Shown piece after piece: positions 13,390 through 26,792 of a DNA stretch of 64,000 nt. The number at the start of each line of letters is the position of its first letter. Positions within the stretch are counted from its first letter, which is position 1. The stretch spans positions 61,319,247 to 61,383,246 of the forward strand of contig NC_090392.1 of assembly GCF_036365525.1 (NCBI RefSeq), given 5' to 3'. The translations under genes and the position numbers were made by a program. The stretch is from Heterodontus francisci. Taxonomy: Eukaryota. The notes beneath the pieces are model-generated. The model worked only from the letters and a program-made list of their open reading frames with translations. It searched no databases and had not been told where the DNA came from.

Positions 13390-13915
13390 TCAGGAGTGTG
13401 ATGGAATACTCTCCACTTGCCTGGACGGGTGCAGGTCCAATAACACTCAAGAAGCTCAACACTGTCCAGGATAATGCAGCCCGCTTGATTGGCACCCCAT
13501 CCACCACCCTCAAAATTCACTCCCTTCACCAGCGACGCACAGTGGCAGCAGTGTATACCATCTACAAGATGCACTGCAGCAACTCACCAAGGCTCCTTCG
13601 ACAGCACCTTCCAAACCCGCGACCTCTACCACTTAGAAGGACAGGGGCAGCAGATGCATGGGAACACCACCACCTGCAAGTTCTCCTCCAAGTCACACAC
13701 CATCCTGATTTGGAACTATATCGCCGTTCCTTCACTGTCGCTGGGTCAAAATCCTGGAACTCCCTTCCTAACAGCACTGTGGGTATACCTACCCCAAATG
13801 AACTGCAGCGGTTCAAGAAGGCAGCTCACCACCACGTTCTCAAAGGCAATTAGGGATGGGCAATAAATGCTGGCTTGGCCAGTGACGCCCACATCCCATG
13901 AATGAATTAAAAAAA
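13390..13915 (+). mobile_element. CR1/L2-clade LINE 3' end
   Basis: RSVMEYSPLAW...SWNSLPNSTV motifs, conserved 3' tail, atgaatgaat plus A-run; same family at 30640-32788 and 54755-55105. Confidence 0.85.
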
Positions 13916-14390
13916 AGCCGCACACCATCCTGACTTGGAACTATATTCCAGAGCAACTCATGTTGCTTTTGGTTCTTAATAGAACACTAAAGCAGATCGC
14001 TATCAGAAAGTGCTTCTTTAAGGTAACTTTTTGCATATCACAGGTATTGTATACTCTCAAAGCAGCTATTTATAACTAACATTTAAAGTGATCATATTTC
14101 TATTCATAAATATTAAAATATACAAATCTTGTTACAAATGTAACTGAAAGTCCACATTTATCTCATCCTCCCTCTCTATGAAGAGGGACTAGCATCCACT
14201 CGCCACCTTCACAATGGCCAAACTCAGAAAGCTCAACATGGGGAATTGTAGGTGGAAACCAGCCCCAATGAGCTGCTTAACCAGGTCTCATGCAAAACAA
14301 TGCATTGTAAAGGTGGATCTGCTGTCTCTTTATATTCTTGCTCCAAACCTTAGCTTATATTTTGCTATTTTCTTTCATTGCACTGAACAG

Positions 14391-14676
14391 GGAAGATGCT
14401 GAGGCACCAAAGGCAAAGCTTGTCAACGCACAATCCTCAGTGGGGACAGGAAGCACAGTGTCTGGTTCCTGCTCAGTCAAGTCCGTCAAAAGCAGCACCC
14501 CTTTCCCCCAGCAGCCTTCAACACCATCAACTGAGGAGGACAAGACACCCATTACTTACACATTAACAGAGGAGGCCAAGATTGATAAGAATGGACCAAC
14601 CCAGGCACATATGAAAAGAATGGGAGCAGTCCCTGTCATGATACCCGCCCAAACAAGGGCTTTTCAAACTGTGTGA
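14391..14676 (+). CDS. CLMP: CLMP-like last coding exon, cytoplasmic tail with class I PDZ-binding end (QTV)
   Basis: aacag acceptor. Encodes EDAEAPKAKLV...MGAVPVMIPAQTRAFQTV then TGA; human CLMP has EDAEAPKARLV and ends RAFQTV. Confidence 0.93.
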
Positions 14677-15989
14677 GCATTGACTAGGAAAGGGAAATGC
14701 TTTTCTGGGTAACGTATTGGGAAATTTAAACAGCCAAGTTAACAAATTAAATTTAAGGCTGGAAAGTCTGAGCTTCCTCATCCCCTTTCCCAATTTTGGC
14801 ATGAGCAAATTTTGTTGAGTAAACAGTATGGATATACCTAAACCAGACCTGTCTATATTACTGGCTGCATTAGGGAAAAACTCCACAAGAAACAGATTTT
14901 CATTGAATAGATGAATTTATTTAGCTCATCAAAGTTCTTAGCCAAGCTTCACCGACCCTTTCCTGATAAAGCACACACAAGAAAATGATTTAGTCTAACG
15001 CTAACTGAATTCTGTCTGAATTTGCTGAACTTGTGGAATGGTCAGATATGAGGGATATTTTCACATTGCTCAGAGCTGGGTAAATGATTACTTGTTTCAG
15101 AGCACTATTGAAAGAAAAAGGGAAAATAGTCAACATTGTATAATCTATAGAACTCTGATTTGTGACTTGCTACTGGTATTAATTTTGTAAAATATGCCCT
15201 GGAATACTCCTGTGTGAACATTTCTGACAGGCCCCTTGTTAGCCAATCCCTAATTTGCTTCTTACATTTTCACGGTCAGTCCTATATTATCCAAGTCTGA
15301 TTTTGAACAATCTTTCAACCCATTCCAAACTATAACAGGATTCCTTGGTATTTGCAGACTGTGCAACATTTAACACTTACATTCACAAAAAAGGACACTA
15401 ATGGAGAATAACCTTTCAGCTAGGAACCTGCAGTAAGTAGTTTAATGCATTTTCATCTATTTCAACATCTATGTTAAAATTATACACAGGCATCACAGCA
15501 CTGATATATCTTGATATCAGCTCAGTGACAGTGATATTGGATGATATTGGATACCGAAAGCAAAAATTCCGAAAGTAACAAATATTTAAATGAATTGATG
15601 TCTATTCATGTGAAACGTGTACAGTAGTATGTGGTGTTTAAGTTTGCTCACAGCCTGCACAAGTACATAAGAAAGCTTCGCTCATTTTTATTTAGTGTTT
15701 TCAACTGCACAGTTTTTATTGAACTGATTATTTTTTTAAATCAAAAAGCAAAATGCAATTCACAAACACATCATGTTGATATTCATTGGTGAGTAATTGT
15801 CAATAACACAACCTTACCATGCATTACCAAAGGCTTGTGATATTACCTCATAGATTATTCAGCCCCTCCAGCCTATTCTATCTTGGCTGATCTGTAGCTC
15901 AACTTCATTTACCCATCTTTACTCTATATCCCTTGATAGCCTAACCACTTTAGGCATTAGCTGGTCATACGGCTGCTTCAGAAGACTTG

Positions 15990-16654
15990 GGGCTGGATTT
16001 TTAAGCCCCAGCGGGTGTGGGCATGGAGGGGGCAGGCTGAGAATTTTCATGGAGGCAGGATGAGTGGTGAGGGGGGAAGGGCTACCTGCCCACAAGCAGC
16101 TGGTAGCCAATAAAGACACTGAAGGCCTATGAAGGCCCATTGTTTGAGGTCAGCTGGGATTTTCCAGTCAGTCTCCAGGTCTCCACAGGCAACAGAGGAC
16201 AGTGCAGCTGCCTGGAGATGGCCTCCTAGCGGCAGACCTGGGAGTGGGGTGGGGGGCAGCAATTCATGCCAGTAGGCTTAGAGGTCCTCCCTGCTTACCT
16301 GGGTTCATCTATAGCTGTAGGCCACCCTGTGGAGGAGTTCCTTCTCCATAATGGTGGCCCTGCTGCAAAGGCCTTTTTTATTTTAACTTTAAAAATGGAG
16401 AAAGGGTGCCCTCTGCCTCACTTACCTGGCATGGCATCCTGCTCCTGCTTCCAAGCTGGAGGGCATCCTATTGGCCCTCCGGTTTCGAGAGCCCACTTGC
16501 TGTCCTTAATTGGACAGCGAGCCTACCCTCTGGCATTAGGTGGCTAATTCGGCGAAAATCACAGATGAATGGCTGTTCCCCACATATTGCCGGCTTCTGA
16601 CCTCCATTTGAGCTTCGTGGTGGCGTCCTGAAGCCCGCAAGGAAAATCTTGCCC
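15990..16654. mobile_element. PIF/Harbinger-like MITE
   Basis: TIRs GGGCTGGATTTT ... AAAATCTTGCCC with a 3-bp TTG duplication on both sides. Confidence 0.75.
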
Positions 16655-17339
16655 TTGATATCCATCTGATTCATAAATTTTGTAACTGGTCCATGATAAT
16701 ATTACGCCACTATACCCTACATCATGGTGACTTTCTTCACTCTCTTTTTATTCCACCAAAATTTCCTGTATATTTTAGATAGTTTACAGACCATTTTTCT
16801 AAAATAATTTGTCATATCAGGTGGATTGACATCATACTGTAAAAATTGTGGGCAGGGATTACTATTATTATAGTTCTTCCTACCAGTTGGAAGTCAAGAA
16901 AAGTGGCAGGAATATGGGCCTGAATTTTCCACTGATAAAAATGGAAAAGAGAAATGAGTTGGTTCAAGTGACTTTTAAGATCTCAGCAAGTAATCTGAGA
17001 AAATTAATTAGGCATCTGAGAGAGCAACCGATCTACTGTTTCACATCTTACTGCTTTCTTTATGAGATTTGCATTCCCAGATAATTAATTTGCTTTAGCT
17101 AACTGATAGCTAAGGTTCTTTAGCTGCCTGATCCTTATTCATCTATTACTGGTGTGTGTGTGTAGAGTAAGTGGTGTCTCCTTTGAGCTCCAGTTCAAAC
17201 TTGCATAACAAGGCTGTTTTCCTTACAGAGCTTACACAAAGTTACAGTTGGTGCCTTTCTTCTTGTGATTGTTTCAAGGCTGAACAAATCTTGGAGAAAT
17301 GCCCAAAATGGATGACCCCATGGTAACCAAAACTACATG

Positions 17340-17720
17340 CACAGAATTGCATAGAATGTATAGCACAGAAACAGCCCATTCAGTGCAACTAGTCTCTGAC
17401 GTTGTTCATGCTCCACACAAGCCTCCTCCCAACCTACTTTTATGCATTTTTACATAATCTTCTATTCCTTTCTCCCTCATATGCTTATCTAGCTTTCCCT
17501 TTAAAGCCATCTACTTAATTTGCCTCAACTGCTGCTTGTGGTCGATAGCTTCACATTCTAACCACTCTCTGGGTAAGGAAATTACTCCTGAATTCTTTAT
17601 TGGATTTATTATTACCTACCTTGTATTTATGGCCCCCAGTTTTGAACTCCTCCACTAGTGGAAATGTCTTCTCTACATTTACCCTATCCAACCCCTTCAT
17701 TATATTAAAGACCTCTACTA
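17340..17720 (-). mobile_element. CR1 LINE 3' fragment
   Basis: EVFNIMKGLDRVNVEKTFPL...FLTQRVVRM on the minus strand. Confidence 0.8.
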
Positions 17721-18248
17721 GGTGGTAAATTGCTGCTATAACATCAGTACAATGTAATGTTTCAACTGCATCTTCACCTGCCTTAATTGGTATCAATTAT
17801 GTTCAAAGCAAATTTATATTTCAGCAGGACTGTTAAGGGCAATAGAACATCTGTTGACACTATTGCATTTTAATCACGTAAGTATTATCTGCTAACTCTA
17901 GTACATACTATTTGCCTTAATAAAACCAATGAAAGAGAATGAAGTTTTGTTGCGGGACCACAGATTTCCACAACCAATCCCACAGGACAGGGAAGGATAT
18001 CTTCTCCAGAAACTGTTGATTGCTCTTTGGAAATGATCAATCAACATAAACTGTTCCTCTGGTGTTTCATAATCACTCATCATGAAATTCTTGCCCTCAA
18101 GCTCCAAAGGCAAATTTTATTGTCATCTATATATATTATATATTGCTTTCAGACTCCAAAAGATTCTATACTTGACAGGCATTACAGCTCCCTCCAAAAA
18201 AATGGTCTGCACTTTAACTTGTGTTGCCTAAGTCTTGGTAGAGATAAT

Positions 18249-18990
18249 GGCCCAAATTTTGCTGTCAAAATAACAGTGAGGCTAATAGCACTCGTTGTTT
18301 TTGAAGTACATATGCCACAGCAACTTCAGCTGAGAGCAGATGTGCAATGAAATGCAGAAATCCAAAATTCGCTGTCCAAGTTGTGTTGCTCTGCTGTTAG
18401 CTTTGCAAAAATTGATATCTTAAAATACATTGAGTGGCGTGAAGTTGCTGTATTCGCATGGTAGCTATGTCGTAAATCTGCTGTGGAAAGTTGTCAATTC
18501 ATTTCAAGTCTAAGTTCCCTCTTGCCTACCTGATGGATGTTTACTACTGCCAGTCAACTGAAAATATACCACTACAAATGTGGAGTTTCATTCCTTCAGG
18601 TTTTATTTGTTTGAGGTTTTTTTCAAATTTCAAAATTCTTTTTAAAACTTTTTCTGTCTCTTTTTTCCCCTTTTAATCCAATATTTATTTCCCTCTCCTT
18701 ATTTCTTTCTGTATCTGATTTGACATTAAATTCATCCACTCTAACTTGCACTTCCTGGTTAACCTGTGTGATGTTCATTTCACTATCCTTCATTCTGAAT
18801 GTTTAAGGAGATACACAGTTGTTGCCCTGTTTACTCAGGTCCCAGATGCCCTGTAGAGGGTGTCACACTCTTTCTATCTTGTAATTCCAGCAATTTGTAG
18901 AGCAAAATATCATGAAGATTAAAGGGGCCAGGGAAGTCTAGCAGCAAGAGCTGTTGGTTGGGACTTGGCCTGCTATAGCAGTTTTTGGCC
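18249..18990. mobile_element. MITE, GGCC..TTTTGC terminal family
   Basis: ggcccaaattttgctg ... agcagtttttggcc imperfect TIRs; internal similarity to the 11555 and 44205 copies. Confidence 0.55.
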
Positions 18991-21085
18991 CATATGTGTC
19001 CAACAAAGCAAATGGGTTCTGTGTACTAGATTTTAGAAAACTGGTTTCTGTTGGTTAACTTTACAAGGTGCCTGATCATTGACAATTACTACTTACCTTT
19101 TATTCTTTGATGCTGGCTTAATGTACAAAAGATGACCCAAGAATTAATTTGAAAGAAAAAAAACTGCATGAATCATGGTCCACACTTTTATGCAATTATA
19201 AACTTTTGAGCCCTAAAGATTGGGTGCGGGCATGTACAAAAATGCTTAGTTACAAACAACACTGTAAAAACACCCGGGAAGCACAGAGTCCATAACCTTA
19301 GGGAATAGGGAATTCATATTTGTCTAACATATGGGATATGGTGCAACATATTGGAATTCAGGGACATGTGCCAAATATTGTTCAGAACCATTATGCTCAT
19401 GTCATTCACACAGTAAGAACATCTTTCAAAGCAGATGTTCTCCACTTACTGTGATTCACCATGTAACTTAACCAGTGAAGCTGGAATATGCAGACATGTT
19501 TTATATTCTGTGTGTACCTACGCTGTTCTTCCTATAAGCAAACAATGAAGGGAATTTTGAAGATAAAATTTTGCATAAAATGTTTTTAAAATCTTGTCAG
19601 AGATAACTGATAATTTGATAAATGCATGTTCAAAAATAAAAATGAGAGGGTAAGTGCATTTCTGCCTGAAAAGGCATCGATACAAATGACCCAGTGCCAT
19701 AGCAAATTGGGGATATAATATTCCATTCAAACGGGACACAAAAATCTAAACAAGATGTCTGATCTTTGCAGACAATTTCAAACTTTGTTTTTATATATAT
19801 TTAAATAGTTAGAAAAATTTATGTTCATTATTCCATAAATATTTGCTTGCAGATTTTATAAACTGCCAAATTCCATCATTTTTGTTATTAGTGAGAGGAA
19901 GTCTGAATGGAGCATTTGATAATATTAGTATTGAAACTATTGACTCATTGCCTTATACGAGCATTGCATGTCCTCTGGTGTAGCTCTCAGAGTTTTGGAA
20001 AGTTACATTGTGCCCAGTGCAACTTAACCAAACAACACTGTGAGTGTCTGGTCATTGGATGGGTTATATTTGCACAACCAATCACATTATTTACAACCAA
20101 GAAACCTTTCAGAGATTTCTTTGCTGCTGGATTCAGCTGTTACAGGGCAAAGTTCATTAATTGAGTTTCCTTGCTCTTATTGTGAAAATCATTTCACTGG
20201 CTGTGGGACAGAATATGGTTAACCACTAATGAGGTAGTTTACCTGTGAAAGATTTTGTTACAAATTTCAAACATCCAAACAGAAATTGGCAAAGATTTCA
20301 GTTTGGTTTTAAAAAGTAAAACTTCACTACATTTTTAGCTAAAAGGGATAGAAAGAGAAAACTTTGTATATACCAAACAGGACCTCTGAAAGGGGAAATT
20401 ATGTTAAAATATAAACTGCTGTCAGTATTTAACATTACACTAATCACAACGCACCACACCATGATGTTATTTAATTATCCAACGCTTCCCATGCAATTGT
20501 GCTTAACCTCTGAACGGTGCACTTTGCAGGAAAGTTTTCTTTATTGTTATATAAAATTAATTTTAGCTTACGGGAGTATGACATTTCAGAGGTGTATAAA
20601 AAAGTACAGAACATTAACTTTATTTCCCATTTTTTAAAAACATTCTTTTCTTGCTATTAAGCACACCACACGATGCAGAGTTCCTCAGGTGTGAGGATGG
20701 GCAGATCGTCTCCTCCTAGGCCTCAGTCACTATTGTTCATTAGGCAAATGGTAGGTGTACGAGAGTAACTTGGGTTGCTTCTCATAATTTCCCTCCCAGC
20801 TTGTGATTAAAATTGTGGCTTTTACGTGGTGCTCCCTCCAATCCCCCCCAACTCCCACATGACACAACCAATATCAGACATGTGAACCTACATCCTACCC
20901 CTGTATGGCATGGTATATTGAATACCAGTATGCCAAGAAATAATACTAACTTTAGATGATCTTAAGTATACCAGCTGCTGCAGTGTTAGTGTGATACATG
21001 TTTACGTTTGAATTTAAAATGTACAAGTGGAGTAGCAGGCAAAGGTACAGTTTAGCAAGTGTTAAATACTGAACAGTAGAGGTAA

Positions 21086-21305
21086 AAAAATACAAACTGT
21101 GAATACTGGAAATGTGAAATTGAAACAGAAAATAATGTAATATGCAGCAGGCCAATTAGTATCTGAAAAGAGAAAGCTAGGCAGAGGCTGCTAGTGTCAT
21201 GACTACTCTGACAAAGGGGCTCCCTCAAAATATAATTCTATATTTTCTCTTTTCAGTTGTTAATAGGCCTGCACTGCCAGTACAGATTTTTTGCTTTTTA
21301 TTTCA
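21086..21305. mobile_element. Highly degraded fold-back Penelope-derived element
   Basis: actggaaatgtgaaattgaaacagaaaat ... ttttttgctttttatttca resembles the arms of the 46396 element. Confidence 0.4.
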
Positions 21306-23454
21306 TGCATATGCATTGAATCATTTGAAAATTACAGTCCTATATTTATAACAGGCTGAAAAACATTTTAGGAACAAATGATTCCCATTTTAAATATAGG
21401 GCAGGCTTATTATGTATTTTATGTTTTGTTCTTATTGTCTTTTTTATTAACAAATATTGTACTGCAAGAGTTCATAACCCCCGTTTCCACAGCTTTAAAT
21501 TGACAAATTTACATAATGAGAGAAGCTAATGAAATGCCCGTACTATCTGCAGCCAACTAGTTAGTCCAAAGTTTGTAACTGCAGCACCAAGAGAGTCATT
21601 AAAGTGATTAAATAAAATCCTGACAGAATATTTGTGGTAAATATACTAGGAAAACTGAAGCTAGCTTTCCTTAAAGCACCCAGGACCCTAGTTCAATTAA
21701 TTGCAAGCTATTGTAGTTAAAAACAAACAATGCAAAAAGAATATATTATATTGGAATAACATTTGGTGGCAAATGAAATGCCAGCATTTGTTTGTTCAGG
21801 AGATTCTGTTTATCTGCTATTCTTTTTCGTAGTATTTCGAACTAATGTTTAACTGAGCACTGTAATAGTAACTTGCATTGGATTTCAGTGGGAAATATTT
21901 CAGTTAAGGTAAACCCTTTATATTTAACACTCTAAGCACGATAAATGTTTTATTTGCCTAAGATATGAAAAAGAACAGATAATTTGACCATTGTCTTTCT
22001 TGCTGCAGAAAACTGTGACAGTCCTAAATAAGTCAGAATATAGGATAGGATAGGGAAACTGCGGAAATTCCAATTACTGTCAGAAACAGAAAGGAAGAAA
22101 TCGAGCTTTAATTTTCTGATTGAAATAAAATCACTGCTAAACATTAAAAGGGATAGAGAAAACTCTGTAATTATTGCACTCTGTGGTACTATGTTGCCCT
22201 TTTCAATTATATTTTTGAAATTTCTTCTGTCCAAAATGCTCCATCAGTAAAATTAAAAGCATGTACAAGGGATCATCTTTAAACTGTCATGCACAATGCA
22301 CACTCACATTTCAATGCATAGTATGACATGAGAGAAATGACACTGTATCCTGGATAATGCAGCACGTCTTAATGTAAAGAGTTTCTCATTTCAAGTGCAA
22401 ATGTATATTTTTGTAATTTACCACAGCATTTCCTGGTTTGGATGTTGTAAGTATTCTCCAATAAAATAATAAACTTAATTCATCTTGTGCTTCTGTATTT
22501 TTTTCTGATGCTTCAGTAGTGGAGGCGAAATATTCATCAATGTGTAGAGATATAGAAGTGAGAGTGATGTATAAAGAGTAACAGTTTTCTAGAGGTCCCT
22601 GGATGACTGTGATAATTCATTTCTTGGTCTGTGCTAAGATAGCTGATCTCATCTGATGAATGTGGGAGTATTATAACTGCTTTCAGTAGGGAGGTAGGGA
22701 GGAGAAAAATCAGCTCAGTTCCCATTCCTGATTGCTGTTCAGTTATTTAAACTGGAAACTGCATGTGTGTGGATGCTGTAAGAACAAAATTGGGCTGTGC
22801 AATGTTGCCCCCCCCCCACCCCCACAGTTGAATATCATTCCTGACATCATTGTCCAATCTCATACATGAAAAACAATCACCTGAGGATAACTGGAACCTC
22901 TGGAACTGTACTCAATGTGAGGTAGTGCCTTCAACAGAAGGGGGAGAACATTGGAAGAGAAAAGATAAATTACCTAAGTACCTCCCTTCTAATGGGTAGA
23001 GATTATATTTGATGCTTGCATGTTGGGTATCTGCTGCATGTATCTATTCATGTACCAAGATGTCAGAGTGGGCTGAAATAAGGGACACTTTCGAGCATGA
23101 GAGTCGGTATAGAGAAATGCCAAAAGGCAGTGCCAGGCGTCATTATAAGGAGAGACTGGTTATTTAGCTTGGAAAAGACATGTCTGACACATCATCTTTT
23201 AGAGCTATGTATGATAGTTAATTGGATGGAAAAGGTTAATCCATAATACTACCTTTAACTAAATAGGAGTAGAACAAGGGAGCACAAGTTTCCTTTCGGA
23301 GTGCTGGAGGCAAAAATCCTGGAATAATTTAAGAAATGATTAGATACTGAAAAGGGGGCAGTTTATTGTTGCATGGATGTTTGAAAGAAGGGGATAGGGA
23401 TAAACCAGGTAACTCCAGTGATGGGAAACTTGTAGATTCAGTAATTGGAACAAA

Positions 23455-24755
23455 ATGAATTTTCACTTGGAAAAACATGGGTTAATTAATGACAGCCAGC
23501 ACAGATTTGTCAAAGGCTAATTGTGTTTGACAAACTTGATTGAGTTCTTTGATGAAGTAATGGGGAGGGCTGATGAGGGTAGTGCGGTTGATGTGTATAT
23601 GGACTTTCAAAAGGTGTTTTTTTAAAAGTACCACATAATAGACCTGTTAGCAAAGTTGAAGCCCATAGTATTAAAGGGAGAGTGGCAGCTTGGATATGAA
23701 ATTGGCTAAGAGACCAAAAGCAGAGAGTTAATGGGGCATGGTTGTTTTTCAAACTGAAGGAAATTAAACAGCGGTGTTCCCCAGAGGCTGGTATTAGGAC
23801 CACTGCTCTTTTTCATATATATATATCTCAATGATCTGGACTTGGGTATATGACATAATTTCAAAGTTTACAGATGACATAAAACTGGGAAAAGTAGTAC
23901 AAGAGGATAGTGAGGAGGTAACAACAGCCTTCAGGAAGACATGAACAGACTGGTGAAATGGGCAGACACGTGGCGATAAAATTTAATGCTGACTGCGAAG
24001 TGCTGCATTTTGGAAGGACAAATGAAGAGTGGCAATATAAACTAAACGGTACAATTGTAAAGGAGGGAGGTGCAGAACGGAGAGACAAGTGGGTTTACTT
24101 ACAAAAATCTTTGAAGGTGGCAGGGCAAGATGATGCAGCTGTTAAAAAAGTATTTGGGGTCCTTGCCTTTATAAATAGAGGTATAGAGTACAAAATCAAG
24201 GAGGTTTTGCTAAATCTTTATAAATCACTGGATAGGCCTCAGCTGAAAAATTGTGTCCAATTCTGGGCACCACATTTTCGGGAGAATGTTGAGGCCTTGG
24301 AGAGGGTGCAGAGATTTACTGGAATGGTACCAGGGATGAGCATCCTTAGCTACCTGGGAGAGTGGAGAAGCTGGGATTGTTCTCCTTAACACCGAGATGG
24401 TTAAGGGGAGATTTAATAGAGGTGTTAAAAATTATGAAGGGTTTTGATTGAGTAAATAAGGAAAAACTGTTAACAGTGGCAGATGGATTGGTAACCAGAG
24501 GACACAGATTTATGGTAATTAACAGACGAGCCAGAGGTGAGATGAGAATGTTTTCACACAGCAAGTTATTATGATCAGGAATATACTACCTGAAAGATTG
24601 GTGGAAGCAGATTCAATAGTAATTTTCAAAAGGGAATTGGATAAATATTTAAAGGGAAGAAATTGCAGGGCTATGGGGAAAGAGAAAGGTGTGGATTAAT
24701 TGGATAGCTCTGCCAAAGGGCTGACATAGAATCAATGGGCTGTAAGATTCTATGA
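23455..24755 (+). mobile_element. 5'-truncated CR1 LINE
   Basis: QHRFVK..CLTNL..DFQK motifs, ORF 23958-24389 (CEVLHFG...CVQFWAPHF), attctatg tail. Confidence 0.9.
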
Positions 24756-25344
24756 TGGGCCAAATATCCTTCGTCATCTGTGAGAATCTTATGATATTGT
24801 GATGAGATTTCTGACTGAATTGTCTTTTTTAATGGCAATTTACAGCTATGGTCCTGAGCAACAATGAAATCACACTGTTGTACATTGATTCACAGAATTC
24901 AAGTCCAAGTGGGAGATGCTTTTCCTGCACAGTGAAGCAGCTGTGTAGCTTCATACTAATGAATATGGCTAAGAGATAACAGAAGCTTCCATTTTGATTT
25001 ACATATCTCATGTTTTTTAGATCAGATATGTCTCTGCTAAATAGTTTGGGATATGGGCCATCCCAGCTTTAAGAAGAACTTCCATTTATCATGTCCTAAA
25101 GGCATCCCGATGAAGTTTACTACCTGAATTACTTCTAAGTATAATCACTATTATTATGTGGATAAACATGGCAATTTACATACAGAAAGGGCCCCTAAAA
25201 GCAACGAATGAATGACCACAAAATGTATTTTTGGCAATGCTGTTTGAGGGAGGAATGTTAGTTAGGTCACATAAATTTCTGCTCATGTGATCTTTTACAT
25301 CCACATTAGTTTGAAATGTGACAAGGAGTTGCACCTCCACCCCT

Positions 25345-26128
25345 GACCACACCAATCTGTCCCTTATGCAGGGCTCGATACACGCATAGGAAAAGCAGCT
25401 ACCACCTTTGGCTGCCTCGCAAAACGCGCATGGGATAACACCAAGCTGACCCGTAGGACCATGCTGATGGTTTATAAGGCCTGTGTTCTCAGCACCCTGC
25501 TGTATGGCTGTGAAACATGGGTGACTTATAGCTACCAGGAAAAGAAGCTCAATGATTTCCATCTTTGCTGTCTGCGGCACATTATGGGTATATCCTGGCA
25601 GGACAAAATCACAAATGCGAAGTCCTCTCAAAGGCAAAGCTCCCAAGTGTGTTAGTGCTAATCAAACAGAGGCGGCTTTGGTGGATCCGACACGTCCGCA
25701 GGATGGAAGATGGTCGCATACCCAATGACCTTCTGTATGGCGAGGTAACTAGGGCCAGAACACCAGTGGGGCAACAAATCTCCACTTCAGTGATGCTTGC
25801 AAGAGTGACATGAAGGCCCTAAATGTTGACGATCACACCTGGGAGTCACTAGCTAGCAAAAGAGGGAAATGGCGGCACATCCTGTGGACTGGTGTGTACC
25901 ATCATGATGACTAGTTGCGACAGCAGCTCGGCAACAGGTGCCAACATCAAAAACAACAGCTCACAGCATCAGTTAGCAGTTTCACATGTGGCACTTCTGG
26001 CGAAATCTGCCTCTCAAGGATTGGCCTTCACAGCCGTCAGCAAAGGTGCACCAAGAGAAGATACCCCACCTGATTGGATTGTTTGCTGCACGTCCATCAT
26101 CTTTCGTAGATGGAAGGATGCCAATCAA
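25345..26128 (+). mobile_element. RTE-clade LINE 3' part, inserted in a minus-strand Deu-SINE (about 25070-25330 and 26130-26280)
   Basis: VYKACVLSTLLYGCETW, RRLWWIRHVRRMEDGRIP..LLYGE and a terminal C2H2-like motif. Confidence 0.85.
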
Positions 26129-26792
26129 CCACAGAAATTTCTGCTCATGTGAACTAAAAGACAGTATCGTCAACTAAACTCCCACAGTACTGTGCTGAGG
26201 TACCTAATTATGTGCACAAATCCAGTGGGACTGAAACCCACAAAATTTTAATTCAGAGGTCAAGCTGCCACTTAAGTTAAACTTTGCAGAGAATAGGACA
26301 CAATAACTCTTAGTTGGTAAAATTCAGTCAACATGGTTTGTATATGTGCACCAATTTATTTTATTCTTTCTCAAAGATATCTTAAAGAATCCTGTCCAAG
26401 CTTTGGTAAATGAAATCATATTCAAGTTTATATAGAATATTTTACCATCTGGCAATGCTGATGCAGCATGTGGTTAGCTGGTTGAACTGATTAAAGCTTT
26501 CACATTTTGAAACTATCTCCTGTTTACTAATCTGAGGTCACCTTCAGCTACATTGGTATTTCACAATGCACAAAAAAAATTTGTTCAAGAGCAGGCTAGT
26601 CATGGTAGTTACTCAAAGCGTCTCATCTACAAGCCACAGACCACTTCCTAGAAGTCCACATCTTTACCCACTTGGGTAAGAGAGTAGATTTCCACACGAA
26701 GCTGATTTTTTTTTTTAAGGTAGCTAAGTAATGAGTCATATCCAGTGATCTATTGCTAAATATATTTTCCAACTGGAAAATTATACTCAGCG

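Noticed and set aside
13335-13866. Overlapping 172-aa and 125-aa ORFs in the CLMP-like last intron
   Set aside because: They are frameshifted LINE ORF2 3' remnants repeated elsewhere in the window, not host genes.
26462-26485. TGTGGTTAGCTGGTTG resembles the 3' part of mature miR-34
   Set aside because: The GGCAGUG seed is absent and no complementary arm forms a pre-miRNA hairpin; probably chance.
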